From Patescibacteria group bacterium (GTDB taxonomy: Bacteria; Patescibacteriota; Patescibacteriia; SG8-24), in assembly GCA_041667185.1 (NCBI GenBank), contig JBAYFM010000007.1, positions 4,296 through 68,295 of the forward strand: DNA of 64,000 bases, written 5' to 3'. The position numbers and the translations under genes are program-made. This document shows positions 61,811-64,000 of this stretch, piece by piece. Numbering within the stretch: position 1 is the stretch's first letter; the number at the start of each line of letters is the position of its first letter. The notes beneath the pieces are model-generated. The model was not told the DNA's origin. It was given only the letters and a program-made list of their open reading frames with translations, and ran no database searches.

Positions 61811-62053
61811 TCATTTAACCAGGAACGGGATCAGCGCCATCTGCCGCGCCCGCTTGATCGCCTGGGCGAGCATGCGCTGATGCTTGGCGCAGACGCCGCT
61901 GCGGCGGCGCGGCACGATCTTGCCGTAAGACGACAGGAACCGCTTCATGCCGTTGATATTCTTGTAGTCGATGGCCATGACGCCGTGAATGCAGAACACG
62001 CAATGGCGCTGCTGGTTCATCAGGCCGGACTTCTTTTGATTCGATCTCATCAT
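61811..62053 (-). CDS. rpsR: 30S ribosomal protein S18
   Basis: CVFCIHGVMAIDYKNINGMKRFLSSYGKIVPRRRSGVCAKHQRMLAQAIKRAR matches S18. Confidence 0.9.
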   Translation of the reverse strand: MMRSNQKKSGLMNQQRHCVFCIHGVMAIDYKNINGMKRFLSSYGKIVPRRRSGVCAKHQRMLAQAIKRARQMALIPFLVK

Positions 62054-62059
62054 AAGGGT

Positions 62060-62494
62060 CTAAAAGGGAATGTCTTCAACCTTGATCTCGTCGTCTCCGC
62101 CGGTCTGCACTGCCGCGGCCGGAACCTTCTCCTGGCGGGGAGCCGCCGAGGTCTGGCCGTTGCCGCGATCCAACATGATGACATTGTCAGCCACGATCTC
62201 CGTCCGGTTGCGCTTCTGGCCGTCCTGGCCGGTCCACTCGCGGGTCTGCAAACGACCCTCGACGTAAACCTTGCGCCCCTTGGTGAGATATTGCCCGCAG
62301 ATCTCCGCGAGCTTGCTCCAGGCGACGATGTTGTGGAATTCCGCCTTCTCCTGGCGCTGGCCGGACGCGTCGGTCCAGGAATGATTCGTAGCCACGCCGA
62401 AAGAAGCGACGTTCTGGCCGTTGGTGGTGGTCCTGATTTCGGGGTCCCTGGTCAGATTGCCGATGATCATGGCCCGATTGAGATTCATGCTCAT
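62060..62494 (-). CDS. ssb: Single-stranded DNA-binding protein
   Basis: MNLNRAMIIGNLTRDPEIR OB-fold N-terminus, acidic C-terminal tip DIPF. Confidence 0.9.
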   Translation of the reverse strand: MSMNLNRAMIIGNLTRDPEIRTTTNGQNVASFGVATNHSWTDASGQRQEKAEFHNIVAWSKLAEICGQYLTKGRKVYVEGRLQTREWTGQDGQKRNRTEIVADNVIMLDRGNGQTSAAPRQEKVPAAAVQTGGDDEIKVEDIPF

Positions 62495-62571
62495 ATTTGG
62501 GTGAGTTCATCCGGCGCGCGGCGCGGCGATCGTGGGGGTCGCCTGGTCCGCTGGTCGGCTGGTTAGCCCGT

Positions 62572-63042
62572 TTAGAGGATGTCGTCGGTCAGGATCTGCT
62601 CCAGTTTCTTATCCAGTTCGGCGATGCTCATCTTGTCCTTGGCCGGCTGTTGCTGCTGGATGGTGGCGGGCTGGGACGCAACCTGGCCCTGTGGCCGCCC
62701 TTCGTAGCGCTCATGCCGCGGTTCTTCCTCGATGAGCGACGGGATCTTGGTGATATGCGGATCGCGGACTATGATCAAGTGGCGCAAGATGTCGGTCGAC
62801 ATGCGCAAAAGCTCGTTGAGTTTGATCGTCACCGCCGGTTCGGCTTCGTAGAAGAACAGGACGTAATTCCCGTTGCGGGCGTTCTTGATCGGATACGCGA
62901 GCTTGCGCCGACCGAGATCGTGAGTCTCCTTGATCGTGCCTCCAGCCGAGGTCACGATGCCAGCCACCTTGTCGGAAAGCTGCTTCAGCTCCTCCTCGGT
63001 GTACTTTGCCGGGATGATGAATAAAAGTTCGTACTGCTCCAT
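62572..63042 (-). CDS. rpsF: 30S ribosomal protein S6 (with extended C-terminal tail)
   Basis: MEQYELLFIIPAKYTEEE...GRRKLAYPIKN matches S6; conserved rpsF-ssb-rpsR order. Confidence 0.9.
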   Translation of the reverse strand: MEQYELLFIIPAKYTEEELKQLSDKVAGIVTSAGGTIKETHDLGRRKLAYPIKNARNGNYVLFFYEAEPAVTIKLNELLRMSTDILRHLIIVRDPHITKIPSLIEEEPRHERYEGRPQGQVASQPATIQQQQPAKDKMSIAELDKKLEQILTDDIL

Positions 63043-63189
63043 AATCTTTGGCCCTACTCGCGCGGTTTTGGACCGCTCATTCGCGGTTCCTGCCGTCGCG
63101 GATCAGTCAGACTTGACAGACCTTGGAAATAAGGCTTAACTGCGCCTTAATCAGCGCGTTGGCCTAGATTAACACAGATATCCCCAAGA

Positions 63190-63300
63190 TGGCAAGACGG
63201 GACGAAGTTGCGGAGTCATGGAGTTACGGAGATGCGAAGTCAGAACTATTATATTCTCCCTGACTCCGTCTCTTTCTTACTCCCCTACTCCCTGCTAAGA
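63190..63300. repeat. Degenerate repeat-family copy (GACGAAGTTGCGGAGTCATGGAGTTACGGAGATGCGAAGTCAG...CCCTGACTCCGTCTC)
   Basis: GGAG/CTCC-rich units with inverted arms; between the rpsF promoter region and the next gene. Confidence 0.5.
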
Positions 63301-63307
63301 TGCTCAC

Positions 63308-64000
63308 ATGCGCTACTTCTTCATATTAGGACTGCACCCCGCGCTCTCGTTCGCCGAGATCTCGGCCGTGCTCGCGGACAACAGATTCGAGATCAAAGAC
63401 CTCCTGGAGGCCGCGATTGTGATTGAGACCGAAAAAGAACTCGACCTGCCGGCGCTCATGAGACGGCTGGGCGGCACGATCAAAGCCGGCCGCATCATCG
63501 ACGGACCAGCCAAACTCACGGACGACGAGGTTCTCGCCAAAGCCGCCGACCACCTGCTCACCGCGCACGGCGATGATTCGCGCCCAGTCTTCGGTTTCAG
63601 CGCCTACACCGCTTTAGGCGTCGAAGGCGTACGCAGTCTGGCGAAGAAGATCATCGTCCGCGGCATGGAGACCAAAAAAATTCTCCGGGAGCAGGACCGC
63701 GCTTCGCGCTGGGTGCGTCCGCAGACCGGACTCACACTGAGCTCGGTCGTCGTGACCAAGAACAAACTCATCGAAGAGGGAGCCGAGTTTGTGGTCCTGA
63801 TCGACCGCAACAGCCTCGTGAGCCTCGCAGTCACCGAAGCCGTCCAACCTTTCGAAGAATTCTCCCGCGCCGATTACGGCCGTCCGGCCCGCGATACCCA
63901 TCAGGGCATGCTACCGCCGAAACTCGCCCGCATGATGATCAACCTGGCCGGCGTCGGCACAGATGCCGTCATCATCGATCCATTCTGCGGCTCGGGAACC
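63308..64000 (+). CDS. Class I SAM-dependent RNA/DNA methyltransferase with N-terminal THUMP-like domain (3' end truncated by window edge)
   Basis: ATG at 63308, open to the window end; motif I DPFCGSGT at the very end; MLPPKLARMMINLAG typical of RlmL/Trm11-type N2-G / N6-A methyltransferases. Confidence 0.6.
   Translation, partial: MRYFFILGLHPALSFAEISAVLADNRFEIKDLLEAAIVIETEKELDLPALMRRLGGTIKAGRIIDGPAKLTDDEVLAKAADHLLTAHGDDSRPVFGFSAYTALGVEGVRSLAKKIIVRGMETKKILREQDRASRWVRPQTGLTLSSVVVTKNKLIEEGAEFVVLIDRNSLVSLAVTEAVQPFEEFSRADYGRPARDTHQGMLPPKLARMMINLAGVGTDAVIIDPFCGSGT

Overview
High-GC (~60-65%) bacterial chromosomal window with the standard genetic code (TGA/TAA/TAG stops) and mostly housekeeping genes. 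Recognised genes: ClpP, an NrnA-like DHH phosphoesterase, a short SMC, rpsP, a KhpA-like KH protein, trmD, an NAD salvage cluster (pncA, a nadD-nadK fusion, pncB), one unlinked 16S rRNA gene with tandem P1/P2 promoters, tRNA-Ile/Phe/Pro/Gly, mgtC, a single-module Clp-like AAA+ ATPase, ruvC, yebC, rpoC, rpoB, ftsK, a RodZ-like HTH protein, recA, efp, epmA, rpsR, ssb and rpsF. The 16S carries the EUB338-II-type variant ACACCTACGGGTGGCTGCAG and CAGCAGCGGTAA in the 515 region, so this is a divergent lineage whose phylum I cannot assign by eye. An ~11 kb accessory block splits the conserved rpsP-KH-trmD neighbourhood. It carries three cytoplasmic multi-PAS sensor histidine kinases (544, 1325 and, nearby, 2052 aa), a PAS protein, an Ada-like Zn-ribbon protein translationally coupled to a radical-SAM enzyme, a Rieske-domain protein, and a tandem triplication of a small sigma-70-family gene whose third copy has decayed to region 4 only. 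The strongest unexplained signals are below. First, a pervasive intergenic repeat family built around a 22-bp perfect palindrome CACGTCGTTCGCGAACGACGTG, flanked by GACGGAG / GAGTGCGGGAG / CACTCCAG units; it usually sits just 3' of intrinsic terminators, one piece lies in-frame inside trmD and another inside a sigma-gene leader, and 16-bp x5 and 8-bp x5 minisatellites belong to it. Second, downstream of tRNA-Gly(TCC) there are two tandem, highly structured tRNA-Gly-derived elements, each ending in the tRNA T-arm/acceptor 3' sequence plus a near-identical terminator hairpin. Third, tRNA-Ile and tRNA-Phe are flanked by inverted repeats that extend the acceptor stem. Fourth, a three-gene hypothetical module lies between the 16S 3' end and tRNA-Ile. 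Fifth, there is an unusual NadD-NadK fusion. Sixth, long structured or AT-rich noncoding leaders with direct repeats or palindromes lie upstream of rpoB, ftsK and recA. No integrase, transposase, CRISPR array or recognisable defense genes were seen. Coordinates of RNA and regulatory features read by eye may be off by 1-2 nt.
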